A stretch of DNA of 64,000 nt from Octopus sinensis (Eukaryota), in contig NC_043010.1 of assembly GCF_006345805.1 (NCBI RefSeq), positions 22,878,001 through 22,942,000 of the forward strand. Reading direction: 5' to 3'. Within the stretch, counting starts at the first letter, position 1, and each line of letters begins with the position of its first letter. The notes beneath the pieces were generated by a model. That model was not told the DNA's origin, searched no databases, and saw only the letters and a list, made by a program, of their open reading frames with translations. Positions 15,064 through 29,202 of the stretch are shown here, piece after piece. The translations under genes and the position numbers were made by a program.

Positions 15064-15929
15064 ACATGGTCTGGTCCGAATTGTTGCCATAGTACAGCAC
15101 ACAGGGTAATGCCGCTTGGCACACATTCGCCTTCAACTCTGCTGTGCATGCACACTTAGTTTTAACGTTCTAGCTCAATTCCTTTGTTTAGAGCAGTGCC
15201 TGGAAGAAACGTGTGTTGTGTGTGATTGTCGCATTGACCACGACAGAGAAAGTTGAGCAGAGAATCTGCAAAAACTTTTGCCAAAAGCTTGGCGATGCCT
15301 GCTCAGAGGCCTTCGGAAAGTTTTCAAAAAGTTTTCCTCGTTCTCGACACAAGGAGATTTTGCGTAACTGAAACCCGAGTGTCTTTTTGATCAGCTGAAA
15401 GTGGTTTGGCTACAAACTTGGCAGACACGCGTCTCATACTCAAATCTTCAATGACAATCGACTGAACCGAACCGTAATTAATCTGACCATCCTCTGATAA
15501 CTCAGAGATGAGGATTCGACGATTTCCCGTCACAGCTGCATGGACATCTGCAATGTTTTTCTCAGTTCCCCTGGTTGCGGGTCTTCCAGAACGTTCGTAA
15601 ATATCGACATTTTTCAGCCATCTTGGAAACGTGTGGACCACTCGTACACTTGTGAACGGCTCATGTATGCCTCTCCATAAATTTTCTGCAACTTGCGTAG
15701 GCCTCTCAGCAGGTATCGCCATGACAACTTTCTCTGTCATGGTCAATCGGAAGATCACACGCTACACATCTTCCTTCCAAGCACTGCTGTAAACAGCAGA
15801 AATGAACTTGAATGTCAAAACTTAGTGCGCCAGAGCAGCAGAGTTCAAGGTCAATCTTTGCCAAGCGGCTTTACTTTGCGTGGTGTAGCGTCGTTACTAT
15901 GGCAACATACTTACTGATCAGACCTCGTA
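15064..15929. mobile_element. Rearranged mariner remnant made of two 5' ends pointing inward
   Basis: Plus 15238-15320 encodes TEKVEQRICKNFCQKLGD; minus 15324-15740 encodes MTEKV..ERSGRP..RRVSAKFVAKPLSADQKDTR; both outer ends are homologous; right end TA|CGAGGTCTGATCAGTAAGT is mariner-TIR-like. Confidence 0.75.
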
Positions 15930-16140
15930 CATATATACATACATATATATATGCATGTATGTATATTGTGCATATATACACACACACATATGAATATACA
16001 TGGAAGCACATGCATTTATACGTATGCACATCTGCATACGTATATATGTACGTATATATATGGACACATATTTATTTATATGTATGTGTATGTATCTATA
16101 TATATATATATGTACATATATATATATATTATATATATAC

Positions 16141-16214
<74 letters not shown>

Positions 16215-16862
16215 ATGTATGTATATGTATATATATATATATATATTATATACATATATATATATTATATATATATGCATATATATATCTACTCCAGTGT
16301 GTTATGCGCCTATATATGTGTATATTTGCGTATATTTGTGTGTGTATATACAATATCAATAATTTACCCACTTTGCAATGATAGATTATGAAACGAAAAT
16401 AGCTTCCTGTTATTTCTTTAATAAGATAACTGATGTTTTAACGCTTCTGGCAAAAATATGTCTCGGAGTTTGCAAGAAACCTGATGAGACTCAGTCGGAA
16501 GACTTATGTTAATGAGGTCATAAGAAATGATGTTAATGAACCTAAGCTTGCATAGCTCCATAAACTAATGACTAATTTTTAATCAGCACTAAACACCTTC
16601 AGGTGATAAATGTCTGGAGATTGTTGTTTTTGATGGTTTTGTCCTCTTTTACGTTCTACTTTTAGTTGTTATGTTGTTTTGCTTTCGTGTCTTCTATCTT
16701 ATCTTGGTCCTGGCGGATATAGATGCACGTATGTGCGCGCGGGCGCGCGCGTGTGTGACTGCATACATAAGATTGGTATGTGTGTATACATGCGTGCACA
16801 TACACATACATATACATGCATACACACATACATGCATGCATACTATATATATATATACATAA

Positions 16863-16914
<52 letters not shown>

Positions 16915-17316
16915 TATACATACATATATGTATATATGTATGTATATGTATGTATATATGTATGTATGCATACATATACGTTATGCATATCTATATCTAT
17001 CTATATATATATATACATATCTACACCTATCTATCTCTTTCATTCTAGTTATCTATGCGCACACACGTATATATAAACGTCTATATGCATCTGTATATAT
17101 ATTTATGTATATATGTACGCATATATACTAACACGGATTAGCGTCTGTGCGCTTCTATTTATACATACATACATATATATATATACGCATATATATGCGT
17201 GTATATGTGTATATATATCGTATATGTTCCTATTTATGTGCATATGTGTATACATATACCCATGTGCCTATTTGCGTGATTGTGTATGCATGTATGCTTG
17301 TATAGGTGTGTGAATG

Positions 17317-17381
<65 letters not shown>

Positions 17382-17779
17382 TTTCCTCTATCTATCTTTC
17401 TTTCTTTCTATTCGCTACTTCCTTTTGTTATATAACTCATACCAATTTTTGTTCGCTGTTCTTTGTCTGTTTCGAGATCCCTCTAGAAAATCGAAGCTGT
17501 TCTGTTTAGTAAAAGACAGGAAAGGCAATGCCCTCGATCCCTTATAATTTTTGAGAACCTCTGAGTTTAGAAGAATGTCAGAAGTTACACTCAGACTACA
17601 GTTTTACCTTTGAGTGTTTATAACGGCGTGAATTTCGCTCACGGCACTCAAGGACCAGGTGTGGATGCGCGCAATGCGTGCAGCACCGAGCGATTTATTA
17701 AGTCGACCAGTCAAGGACATCAGAACGCAAAGGTCTGGTGCAATGCCCTATCGATTCTGCCTACTTCACCTTTCTGGAG

Positions 17780-17925
17780 GGGATAGGATATGTGGTTATA
17801 CAGCAACCGTGAAAAAATGATAGTGAAAGTTGATCGTGGTAGAATTTGAAATCAGAACGCAGGGGACGAACACTAGGCGGCGTTTCGTCCAACGTAGACA
17901 ATTTAGCAAACTGACAACAAAATAT
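17780..17925 (-). mobile_element. SINE family B fragment, degenerate
   Basis: gtagaatttgaaatcagaacg...gcggcgtttcgtcc is the reverse complement of the family B head. Confidence 0.55.
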
Positions 17926-17938
17926 CGTTAATTTCCCA

Positions 17939-17939
17939 G

Positions 17940-17994
<55 letters not shown>

Positions 17995-18133
17995 CGTTGT
18001 CGGTGATGATGATGATGATGATAATGGTGATGACGACAACGACGCTGATGATGATGATGTTGATGATGACGAATATGACGATGACGATGATGATGACGAC
18101 GACGACGACGATGATGATGATGATGATGATGAT

Positions 18134-18168
<35 letters not shown>

Positions 18169-18185
18169 TGATGATGATGATGACT
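17939..18185. repeat. (GTT)n/(GAT/GAC)n microsatellite
   Basis: Directly visible. Confidence 0.95.
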
Positions 18186-18212
18186 AACACCATGCTGATT
18201 CTGACAAAGAAT

Positions 18213-18600
18213 AGCTTCGTGGCTGTGTGGTAAGAAGCTTGCTTCCAGGCCACATGGCTCCGGGTTCAGTCCCACTGCGTTGTATCTTGGGCAAACGTTG
18301 TCTTCTGTAGCCTTGGGCCGACCAAAGACTTGTGAGTGGATTTGGTAGACGGAAACTGAAGGAATTAGTGGTATATATGTGTTGTGTGTGTTTGTTGTTT
18401 GTGTGTGTGTACACCGATTGATAACCGGTGTCGGTGAATTTTCGTCCCCCGTAACTTAGTGGTCCAGCAAACAAGACCGATAGAATATATACTAGGCTTT
18501 AAAAATAAGCAAGTACTGCAGTCGAGTCATTCGACAAGAGAATTCTTCAAGGTGGTGCTCCAGTATGGCCGCAGTCTAATCTCTGAAACGGAAGAGAAAA
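18213..18600 (+). mobile_element. SINE family A, near full-length
   Basis: Head gtggctgtgtggtaagaagcttgcttcc..gggttcagtcccactgcg, body and tail present. Confidence 0.85.
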
Positions 18601-18683
18601 GATACTTATTACATATTATTTCCTTTTATATATTTAAAGATGGCCTTCACCTACCCCCGTCGCGGCCCGCGAAATTTCTTTTC

Positions 18684-19199
18684 CCCACGAGAGTTCCGGA
18701 CCCCAGTTATGATCTCATTTGCATACAGCCAATCAGAGCTCAACTATCAAACCAGTTTATGAACGCATAACAAGTGATGGACGATAAGGTCCCTTGCGTA
18801 AGGAATGACTATGCTTCTTTTCTCTTTAATAATGCTTGTTGTTCTTGTTCTGGTTTCAATCATGGCAGCCTGTGCATAGTTATTTGTGTTGTTGTTTACT
18901 TTCTAAGTCACTAAGGGGAGAAGGTTGCTAGCACATCACCCTCTACCCACATTTTTCCCATCCGCATCTTTACCATATGGGGCCCTAGCAAAATCCGATA
19001 ATAGGCATAGATGCAAATCTATCAAATTACTTGTCTCCTTCTATAATGAGGCATAACTTGGCGATCGGTTGACTTACAACACCGCTCTTCGTCTTGATTT
19101 TACTTGGAAGAATATGTTTGTTACCTCGACAAGGTCAAAGGGAGCTCTGATTGGATGTATGCAAATGAGTTCATTACTGGGGTCCAGAACTCTCGTGGG
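18684..19199. mobile_element. MITE-like element with ~58-bp inverted repeats
   Basis: 18684-18741 and 19142-19199 are reverse complements with few mismatches around a ~400-bp non-coding spacer; superfamily not assigned. Confidence 0.6.
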
Positions 19200-19641
19200 A
19201 AATAATTTGCACGTGGCATGGCTCTCATAAATACAACACTAAAGTGACTGAAGCAGATTTCGGCTACTATTTCTAGCATGTCGGCGACCACACAGAGACA
19301 CTCCCATTCCCTCAAGTAATTTCCCATCGTTAAAATTGTTGAGGGTGACGTTGCATCCACAGTTTCGTTTAAAAAAGAAAAAAAAAACACAGGAAATAAA
19401 AAAAAAATTGAAGTGTTGATGTAGAGTTTATGTGATAACGACGTTTGAAGATTGGATTGGATCGGGAAGGACTTGCTGGGTAAACTACCGGAATAAAGTG
19501 GAGTCGCAGCGAGGCGGGGGGCATGAATGCAAGCACACACACACATAATTGTGTGTCCATGCGCAATCATTCGTGTGCGTATGCGCGTGTGTTTATATGT
19601 GTGAGTATATGTATATGTGTGTGTATATATATATATGTATA

Positions 19642-19680
<39 letters not shown>

Positions 19681-19684
19681 ATAT

Positions 19685-19788
<104 letters not shown>

Positions 19789-20629
19789 GTGTAGATGTTT
19801 CTAGATATGTTTATATGTATACATATATCTGTGTGCGTACGTGCGTGTGTATACATACATACATTCATACACACACACACACACACACCCATATGTATTG
19901 TATATCATATGTGCATATGCATGTATGTGTTTGTGTAAATAATGTAAATATGTGTTTACGTATAAATATATATGTGTGTATGTGTATGTGTACATATACA
20001 TATATATGCATACTCTCACTCCCTCTCTCTCTCACACACACATGCACAACACACACATGCACAACACACACGGAGTGCTTGTTGTCTCACTGCAGGAATG
20101 CCTCTAACGCCTGACGGTCAATTAAATACTTTGTGACTTGTGACATCGCGTCAATGCCAATGACACCTGGTTAACTATGGAATCCCTTCACGACCCAAAA
20201 TGAACCTCCTCGATAGCCTTCGATCGTCCTTTGACGCCCATTGCGCATATCACACACACACACATACACACACACACACACACATCTTTATTTATTTATT
20301 CCCTACCCCTCCTCCATAAGTCCCCCATTTCTACTTGAACCCTTAACATTCTTCCCTTATGAGGTTTACCTTATTGCACTTCATTACTCTCATATATCTC
20401 ACCTATTTCGTTCACTGACTCATTCGCTTTCAAAATCATTCATATTGCTCTTATTGCATGCTCATTCGTTCGCTCGTTACTCACTCACTCTCATGTTTAT
20501 TTCGCTCAGTCCCTCGTTCATTAATTTGTATCCACACGTATTCATTCGCTCGTTCACTTTTTTGTCTCGTCTCATTCGTCAGCTCGTTCACTCATTCGTC
20601 CATTCCAACTATCACTTATTTATTTACTT

Positions 20630-21600
20630 ACTCTACTAATTCCTTCTCTCGCTCATTCACTCATTCTCTCACTCACTCAGTCACGCAGTCACTCACTCAC
20701 TCATTCAGTCACTCCCTCGTTCCCTCATTCCACTCACTCCTTCATTCACTCTCCCACTGACTCTCTCTCTCACTCCCTCCCCTTCACTCACTCATTCAAT
20801 CATTCACTGACTCACTTCACTCACTCACTCACTTCACTCACTCACTCATTCACTCACTCACTCACTTCACTCACTCACTCATTCACTCACTCACTCACTC
20901 ACTTCACTCACTCACTCATTCACTCTCACTTACACCATCACTCTCGTCTCAATAACATTCCTTTACATTACACCTTCTCAGATCCCTTCAACTCTTCCTC
21001 TCCCTCTACTCATTCCCTCTCCCTCCCTCTCACTCACTCCATCCTTCCAATAAGTCATTCAGCAATTCCTTCCCTCACACTCTCTTTACCTTCCTCCCAC
21101 CTTCACTCATATATCCACAACCCTGTATCTTTCTCTTTTACGTCACACATACCTTCACCTCCACTCATTCTCATCCACTCACACCTTCCCTCACTCGACT
21201 CCCTTCCTCCCTTCCATCTCTCCCTCATATTTCTGTCTTCTGATATTAATTCTATCCGACACTTCCCCTTCCTTATTCACTCATCTAAACTTCCTACTTC
21301 TCCCCCGTCATCTCCCCCTCACACAGTACGTCTGCCTCCCCCTTAGTATCCTCATTCTTCTTACCTCATTTATCTCCTCCCATTCCCCCACAATAGCTTC
21401 TTCCTCTATCTCCCTCCCTCCCTCCCTCTCTCTCTCTCACTAATCACATTTACCTTTCATTTTCTCTCTCATATCTCCATTCCTGCGTCACACTATTCTC
21501 TCTCTCTCTCTCTCTCTCTTTCTAACTGACTTTCACTCCCCCTCTCTCTCTCATTCTCAGATTTTATCATATTTCATTCTTACTTCCTACCTACATCTGT

Positions 21601-21691
<91 letters not shown>

Positions 21692-21699
21692 CCCATCTA

Positions 21700-21738
<39 letters not shown>

Positions 21739-21832
21739 TTCTTTCTGTCTGTCTTTCTATCTGTCTGTCTATCTGTCTGTCTGTCTGTCTAAATTCCGTT
21801 GTCTCGACCACAGTCGAACAATGATGATGATG

Positions 21833-21863
<31 letters not shown>

Positions 21864-22120
21864 CATCCATCTATCTATCTATCTGTCTGTCTGTCTTTCT
21901 TTTTGTCAGTCTTTCTGTCTGTCTATATATTTATCTCTCCCTAGCTACTTGCCTACCTACCTGTCTACAGTTATGAAACAGTCAATCATCAACCAATCAT
22001 TAATTAACGAATCAACAAAGGAATCAATGAATCACTCACACATACACTCACTCACTCACTCACTCACTCACTCACTCACTCACTCACTCACTCAATCAAT
22101 CAATCAATCAATCAATCAAT
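20630..22120. repeat. (TCAC)n, CT-rich low-complexity and (TATC)/(TGTC)n tracts
   Basis: Directly visible. Confidence 0.9.
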
Positions 22121-22277
22121 CCATTTATGACATCAGTCACTGAATTGCTTATCCTTTATAACGCCGTATATATTTGCTATTTCAGTCACTCGGCAAACCA
22201 AGGCTGTGGAGATCGCTCTCTGCAGTCGGGTCGATTCCTTCCTTTACTTCAGTCTGAAGCCATGTGCATCGACGTCT

Positions 22278-22356
<79 letters not shown>

Positions 22357-22712
22357 CTAATCGAGAGAGTACTTTAACACAGGTGTTACCTATTTGTAGC
22401 TGAGTGGACTGGGCCAATGTGAAGTGAAGTGCTTTGCTCATGAACACAACGTGCAGTTAAGGGACCAAAGTACTACAGAAAAAAATCTTTGAGGTGAGAG
22501 AGACATACAGTTACACTTAACCAATATCAGGCATCTCCTGCAGTTCCATCGGTGTTATGACGATATTGAATTGTCTTCCCTTCCTTCGTGACATATCCAT
22601 AAGTGGAGAGTTGGTAGGTGCCCTTGGCGCCAGGGTTTTGATTGCAGAAGATCAGCCCAGGCACAGCAGGAATGGTTAATTACTGTCTCTGCAATTGCGC
22701 TAGCCAATGACG

Positions 22713-24148
22713 TAAAAGGCCAACGACAGCAGAGGCCAACGACGACAAAGTCCAACGACGTGAAATGCCAACGACAGAAAAGGCCAACGACGACAGAGGC
22801 CAACGACGTGAAAGGCCAACGATGGCAGAGGCCAACGGCGTGAAAGGCCAACGATGGCAGAGGCCAACGACGTGAAAGGCCAGCGATGACAGAGGCCAAC
22901 GACGTGAAAGGCCAACGATGGCAGAGGCCAACGACGTGAAAGGCTAACGATGTGAAAGGCCAACGACGGTAAAGGCCAACAACGACAGAGGCCAACGACG
23001 TGAAAGGCCAACGATGGCAGAGGCCAACGACGTGAAAGGCTAACGATGTGAAAGGCCAACGACGGTAAAGGCCAACAACGACAAAGGCCAACGATGGCGA
23101 TGGCCAACGACGGCAGAGGCCAACGACGGCAAAGGCCAACGACAGCTGAGGCCAACGGCGGCAGAGGCCAACGACGGTAGAGGTCAACGACGGTAGAGGT
23201 CAACGACGGTAGAGGTCAACGATGGCAAAGGCCAACGACGGTAGAGGTCAACGACGGTAGAGGTCAACGATGGCAAAGGCCAACGACGCCTGAGGCCAAC
23301 GACGGCAGAGGCCAACGACTGCAGAGGCCAACGACAGTAAAGGCCAACGACGGTAGAGGTCAACGATGGCAAAGGCCAACGATGGTAGAGGTCAACGATG
23401 GCAAAGGCCAACGACGGTAGAGGTCAACGATGGCAAAGGCCAACGATGGTAGAGGTCAACGATGGCAAAGGCCAACGACGGTAGAGGTCAACGATGGCAA
23501 AGGCCAACGACGGTAGAGGTCAACGATGGCAAAGGCCAACGACGGCTGAGGCCAACGACAGTAAAGGCCAACGACGGTAGAGGTCAACGATGGCAAAGGC
23601 CAACGACGGCTGAGGCCAACGACAGTAAAGGCCAACGACGGTAGAGGTCAACGATGGCAAAGGCCAACGACAGTAGAGGTCAACGATGGCAAAGGCCAAC
23701 AACGGCTGAGGCCAACGACTGCAGAGGCCAACGACAGTAAAGGCCAACGTCGGTAGAGGTCAACGATGGCAAAGGCCAACGGCGGTAGAGGTCAACGATG
23801 GCAAAGGCTAACGACACTAGAGGTCAACGACGGTAGAGGTCAACGACGGCAAAGGCCAACGACGGTAGAGGTCAACGATGGCAAAGGCCAACGACGGTAG
23901 AGGTCAACGATGGCAAAGGCCAACGACGGTAGAGGTCAACGACGGTAGAGGTCAACGATGGCAAAGGCCAACGACGGCTGAGGCCAACGACGGCTGAGGC
24001 CAACGACGGCTGAGGCCAACGACTGCAGAGGCCAACGACAGTAAAGGCCAACGACGGTAGAGGTCAACGATGGCAAAGGCCAACGACGGTAGAGGTCAAC
24101 GATGGCAAAGGCCAACGACAGTAAAGGCCAACGACGACAAAGGCCAAC
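22713..24148. repeat. GC-rich minisatellite, 16-bp unit (CAACGACGGTAGAGGT / CAACGATGGCAAAGGC and variants)
   Basis: Unit read directly; the 16-aa periodic ORFs (three units = 48 nt) confirm the period. Confidence 0.95.
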
Positions 24149-25050
24149 CTCTAAAAGATGAGATGGACATGGAGTAAATGCTTTGGGTGAGAAGTACACT
24201 CGGACAAGTCTGACTCGAGTCTAAATAAACACAAACCACGATTTAACTCCTCTCCCAATCCTTCGCTACAACCTATTCTTTCAGCAACATTACGAGCTCC
24301 ATCATCCAACAGCCCGAACTAACCAATTAATATTTCAGAAATCAAAATAAGATAGACGCACACGCGCATAGACGTACACACACACATACACTACACACAC
24401 ACATACACACACAACACAAATCTTAACATAAACAGTTTACAAACAGATACGATGTATCTGTAAAATAAGCCTAAAAAAATATTAAAAATAAAAGAACAAA
24501 AATTTCTTTAAAATTCTTCCAGAATGGTGAATTAGGCAATATTGCCAATGAAATATTGACACTTGATTCCACGGAGATTTCTATGAAAATATATAATTTT
24601 CAATAACATTGCAGATATTTTCTCTGATTAGCTAGCACTAACTAGTTTCGCCGAATTTTTTATGAATATAATTCTCAATAGAGACAATATTTTGCGATCT
24701 ATTTACGCGTTTCTATTGTATTTCGAAAAATCTCTGTAAATATAAGCGTACAATGCCGTGTAGTGTAGTATGCATGTTTCACTTTGTTCTCTGCAGTAAA
24801 CCCTGAGATTTTTTCCCTTCTATATTTTTCTATAATCATTCCCAAGGTACCTATTATTTAAAGGGATTGTGTCTGATTCCATTCCCCAGATTCTGGTAAT
24901 TTCTATTTCCAAGTCTGAATATTTAGAAAGCGATTTGGCAGAGTGGTTAACAAGTCGGGCAGAATACTTCACGGCATTTGTTTCGGTTGCCTGCGCTCTT
25001 TCGGGTCATCTCCCGCCCAAAATAACTTTCCGTGGTTAATAAAGTACCAG

Positions 25051-25102
<52 letters not shown>

Positions 25103-25429
25103 ACACACACACACGCGCACACACACACACACACACATACACACACACACACACACACAATCGACAATGTTTCACTCTGAGCACTTACCAAGGACCACAC
25201 CAATCTAGGGACTCAATATCAATGTATCTATGTTGGGCTTTCTTTCAGTGCATTGCATTGCCTAGGAGCCTGAAATGCTGTTAAGACGGTCCTAGCGGTG
25301 GTAACAACTTGCAGTGCCCTATTCTCCAGAATGACACCCCCCTCCCCCCCAAAAAAACTTGGGCGAGAAACAAGCAAATTTACTTCGTTTTTTCCTTCAT
25401 TTTTTTCGTTTTTCCACCATGACATTTTA

Positions 25430-26045
25430 TAGTGGTTATTTTGGATTCCAAGCGATTGTTGCCGTTGATATCTCCTGGACCTGCGCTTACCGATTAATAT
25501 TGCTAACCAAAGTGACCAATCGGGATCAAATTTGTGCAAAAGCCTAGGAAGAGTCAACAAATTCTCGTCCCGGTCGACCTGGGCCCTCAGAAAGAAAACT
25601 TCGCTGTTTGAAGAGAATTGTGGAAAACGAACACCGTTCGAAGGCTTCTGACATTGCAAAACAGCAAGAAGTTAGTCCAAGAACGTGTTACATATCTGCA
25701 TAAGCTTGGATATTATGGACAAACAGCTAGAAGAAGACTTCTCCTTGAACCAATTTATATTATGAAAAGAAAGAAATGGGCTAAGGAGATGTAAGAAAAT
25801 CCAGTTCATTTTGGGATAGAGTGATTTTCTCAGATGAATCCAGATTTGCATTATTTTCAGGCAGTGGACGTGTTTGGGTTTGGAGGCTTCCCAATCAAGA
25901 ATTTGATTTGAAACGACTCCAACCAACTGTGAAACATGGTGGTATCTCTGTAATGGTATGGGGAGCTGTCACAAAGCTCATCAGTTCAATCCCAAAAAGA
26001 GTTTCTGAAATAAAAACTGCAAAGGGAATGCCAACTGAATGCTAA
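25430..26045 (+). pseudogene. Tc1-like transposase remnant with internal deletion
   Basis: SRPGRP..RKLRCLKRIV, then VIFSDESRF...[15 protein letters not shown] fused directly to [21 protein letters not shown]; the second D and E of the DDE triad are missing. Confidence 0.85.
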
Positions 26046-26403
26046 AGTATGTAGTCCTACCTATCGATTACATTTCAATTGTTTGCTTTGCGTATTAAAT
26101 AAAAGATTTTGAAAATTAAAGGTGTCTATTTACTGCATGTCTTTAAGTCGATGATTGAAATGAATCTGTTCCTCCATTTTCGTATTTGTATTATATATAT
26201 ATATATAAGACCCAGAAACATGCATGTCCTCAGGTGTGAATCTTGGCTGGTGGGGGTGCTTGCCTCCCCTTCACAAATATAAGGACACAGAAAATGTGTC
26301 AAAGCCGACAGGAAGCGTTCGATGCTTCCTAGGGCTAAACAGCGGTGGTGTTATTCCCATACGGGACTATCACGTTAAGATGACAGTATACATGTATGTT
26401 ATA

Positions 26404-26951
26404 TCAGGTCACTTTCGAGTGCTACTGGTAATATGTAACCCAGTACAACCTGTTGCATGGTCGGGGCGTCGGCGACTAAACCAGCAACCCCACCAAGCTT
26501 GCTTGGTGAGGTGGGTGATTATTGGACACCCTGCGGGATGAAAAACAAAATCCGTCAAAGGGCGGAGGAACTCTTGAGAGTCAACGGCTATCCAATAAAT
26601 GTCTTAAGGCTGTATCCTGCGCGGGGACATAGAAATAATCGGACTGAATACCCGATCGCGCGGTTAAACCCCTGGGAGTGAAGGATTCCTAGCCTTTGTT
26701 AGGGCAGCCTTCTAGGAGAAGGTAACTCAGGTAACTGGGATAACTCCGACATAAAACCTGCGGCTCAGTGGTTACTGATGATGTTGACTTGTTCTTCTTT
26801 TCGGATTATGGCTGCTGTTGCTTAGTGAGTGGGATTGACTCAGTGCACAGCCTTTCTTCACTTAAAAAAATTCTTGCACAGGCATTGCACGATAACAACA
26901 TTGATTAAGCTTCGTGCAATGCCATACTAGATAACGAGGGGGCAGCCACCA
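26404..26951 (+). mobile_element. Repeat family E, second copy
   Basis: Inverted homologue of 5458-6012; followed by (ATGT)n. Confidence 0.85.
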
Positions 26952-27005
26952 TGTATGTATATATGTATGTATATATGTATGTATGCATGTATGTATGTAT
27001 GTATG

Positions 27006-27036
<31 letters not shown>

Positions 27037-27820
27037 ATAAATATATATATACATTATATCAAGATCTCTTTCATTCTTTTGTTGTCTTGCCATTATTTCT
27101 ATCAATATATATATGTGTGTGTATGTTTCTGTGTGTAATATATACAGATGCAAATATGCATATGCGTGTTTGTATGTTTGTATGTATGTATGTATGTATG
27201 TATGTATGTATGTATGTATGTATGTGTGCATGTGTGGAGAGAGAGAGAGAGAGAGAGAAATAAATCAAGAAAGGGAGAAAATAGAGAGTGAAAGAGAGGA
27301 AGAGATAGAGACAGAGTAAGAAAGCGAGACGGTGTAAGAACGGATGCTGGAGAGCCAGAGAGAAAGAGAGAGAAAAAGAGACACAGTGCAAGAGAGAGAG
27401 AGAGAGAGAGAGAGGTGGGAAGCTCACATGTCTTTTAGTCTGACATTCCATTTCAATTACCTTTTATTCAGACTTGATATGCTTCATTAAAGAGATAGAA
27501 AGTCGAAGAAGCGTCGTGAGAGAATATATCAATTATTAAGTGTAAAAATCAGATAATCCCTGCATTGAAGCCGGAGATTGGCTGGGTGTGGTGGCCACAT
27601 AACACACAACAGATATACACTCTCTCTCACCCCAACCCCAACCCCTTCCCATCACAATCTTCCTTCCTTTCACTCTGCTACAGTCTACACCGAACCAAAT
27701 CATGTTTTCTCTATCAGTTACAAGAACAGGGTGTGTCTGGTTTGAAGCTATTATAATTTCACCGCTGTTACTCACAAACACTCGCTGCTAAACTTACACT
27801 CCACAACCGCATCTCCCTCA

Positions 27821-27852
<32 letters not shown>

Positions 27853-28079
27853 ACCTTTAACTGTTTGTCCCATTCATAACAAAGTTTCAAACCATCATTG
27901 CAAATTGTAAACTGATACCAAGATGAAAGAAAGTCGTTTCGTCTTTATTCGTCATATCGCTCTGCTCAGAAATTGGATACCTTCTGGAATTTCACTGTCA
28001 ATGGAATGCGTTCATATTATTATCACTATTATCATTATCATTACCATTACCATTATTATTATTTTTATTATTATCATCA

Positions 28080-28133
<54 letters not shown>

Positions 28134-28185
28134 GTAGTAGTAGTAGTAGTAGTAGAGTAGTAGTAGTAGTAGTATTAGCATTATT

Positions 28186-28221
<36 letters not shown>

Positions 28222-28904
28222 AATAATAATATTATTATTACTATCGTTGTTGTTGTTGTTCTGGGAATCTAATTTAATAACCGAATTAAAGCATTACTTC
28301 AGCGATCGGTGCTTACTTAAACTTTCTTAATCACAGAAAATATTTCTTCTCCATTCAACACTTCCTACCAACCAAACTGTTGCCATCGATTTATGGATCT
28401 TCTTAAATTTCTCCCAACCACTTCAAGTTTTTCAAATTTCCATTAGATTACTTTTAAAAAAACGTAACTCTGATGCAGTTTTGCACGCTGATGACGAAAA
28501 TTGCACTTATTCTTTTCTTTTCTTTTTTGTTTTGTTTCTAGAAATTGATGATAAAGAAGGTACAAAACTTTAAAGTTGCGTATTTTCAGGTAATTAGCAG
28601 CCACACGTTTGTCAGTATAACATTTACATGCTCTGGATCTTGTGAAATTTTATTTACCGATTTCATTCAACCATTTTATTCAACAAGATTATTTTTAAAA
28701 ACAATGTTGCTCGGACATAGTTTGGCATTGTTTTTCTAGAAATAAGTAATTAAGAAGTTACAAGCATCTAAAGTTACATAATTTGAGCAAATCGAAAGCT
28801 TCCATTGGTGGCATACCGTGCAAATCTTCAAATTGGTAGAGAAACGTTTCAAAAGATCCCGATTCATTTTTACGAGTCTGTTGATGTTTTTTCTTTGGTG
28901 AATT

Positions 28905-29120
28905 ATTTTTCGAGATAGCAGAATCGTTACTGCGCCGGACAAAATGCTTAGCGGTATTTCTTCCGGGTTTACACATTAAATTGAAATCCCACCGAAATCA
29001 AATTTAACGATCATCCTTTCGAGGCCCCAAAAATAAATACCAGTTAAGTATTGGGGTCGATGTAATGGACTAGGTCCCTCCTCCCACCAAGTTTCAGGTC
29101 CTGTGCCTACAGAAGAAAGG

Positions 29121-29202
<82 letters not shown>

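Noticed and set aside
16477-16520. CTGATGA-GAC TCA GTC-GGAAG as a hammerhead
   Set aside because: GAAA is altered and stems I and III cannot be formed.
22555-24199. Long RRWPL-repeat ORFs on the minus strand
   Set aside because: Overlapping ORFs in all frames arise from the 16-bp unit; no coding evidence.
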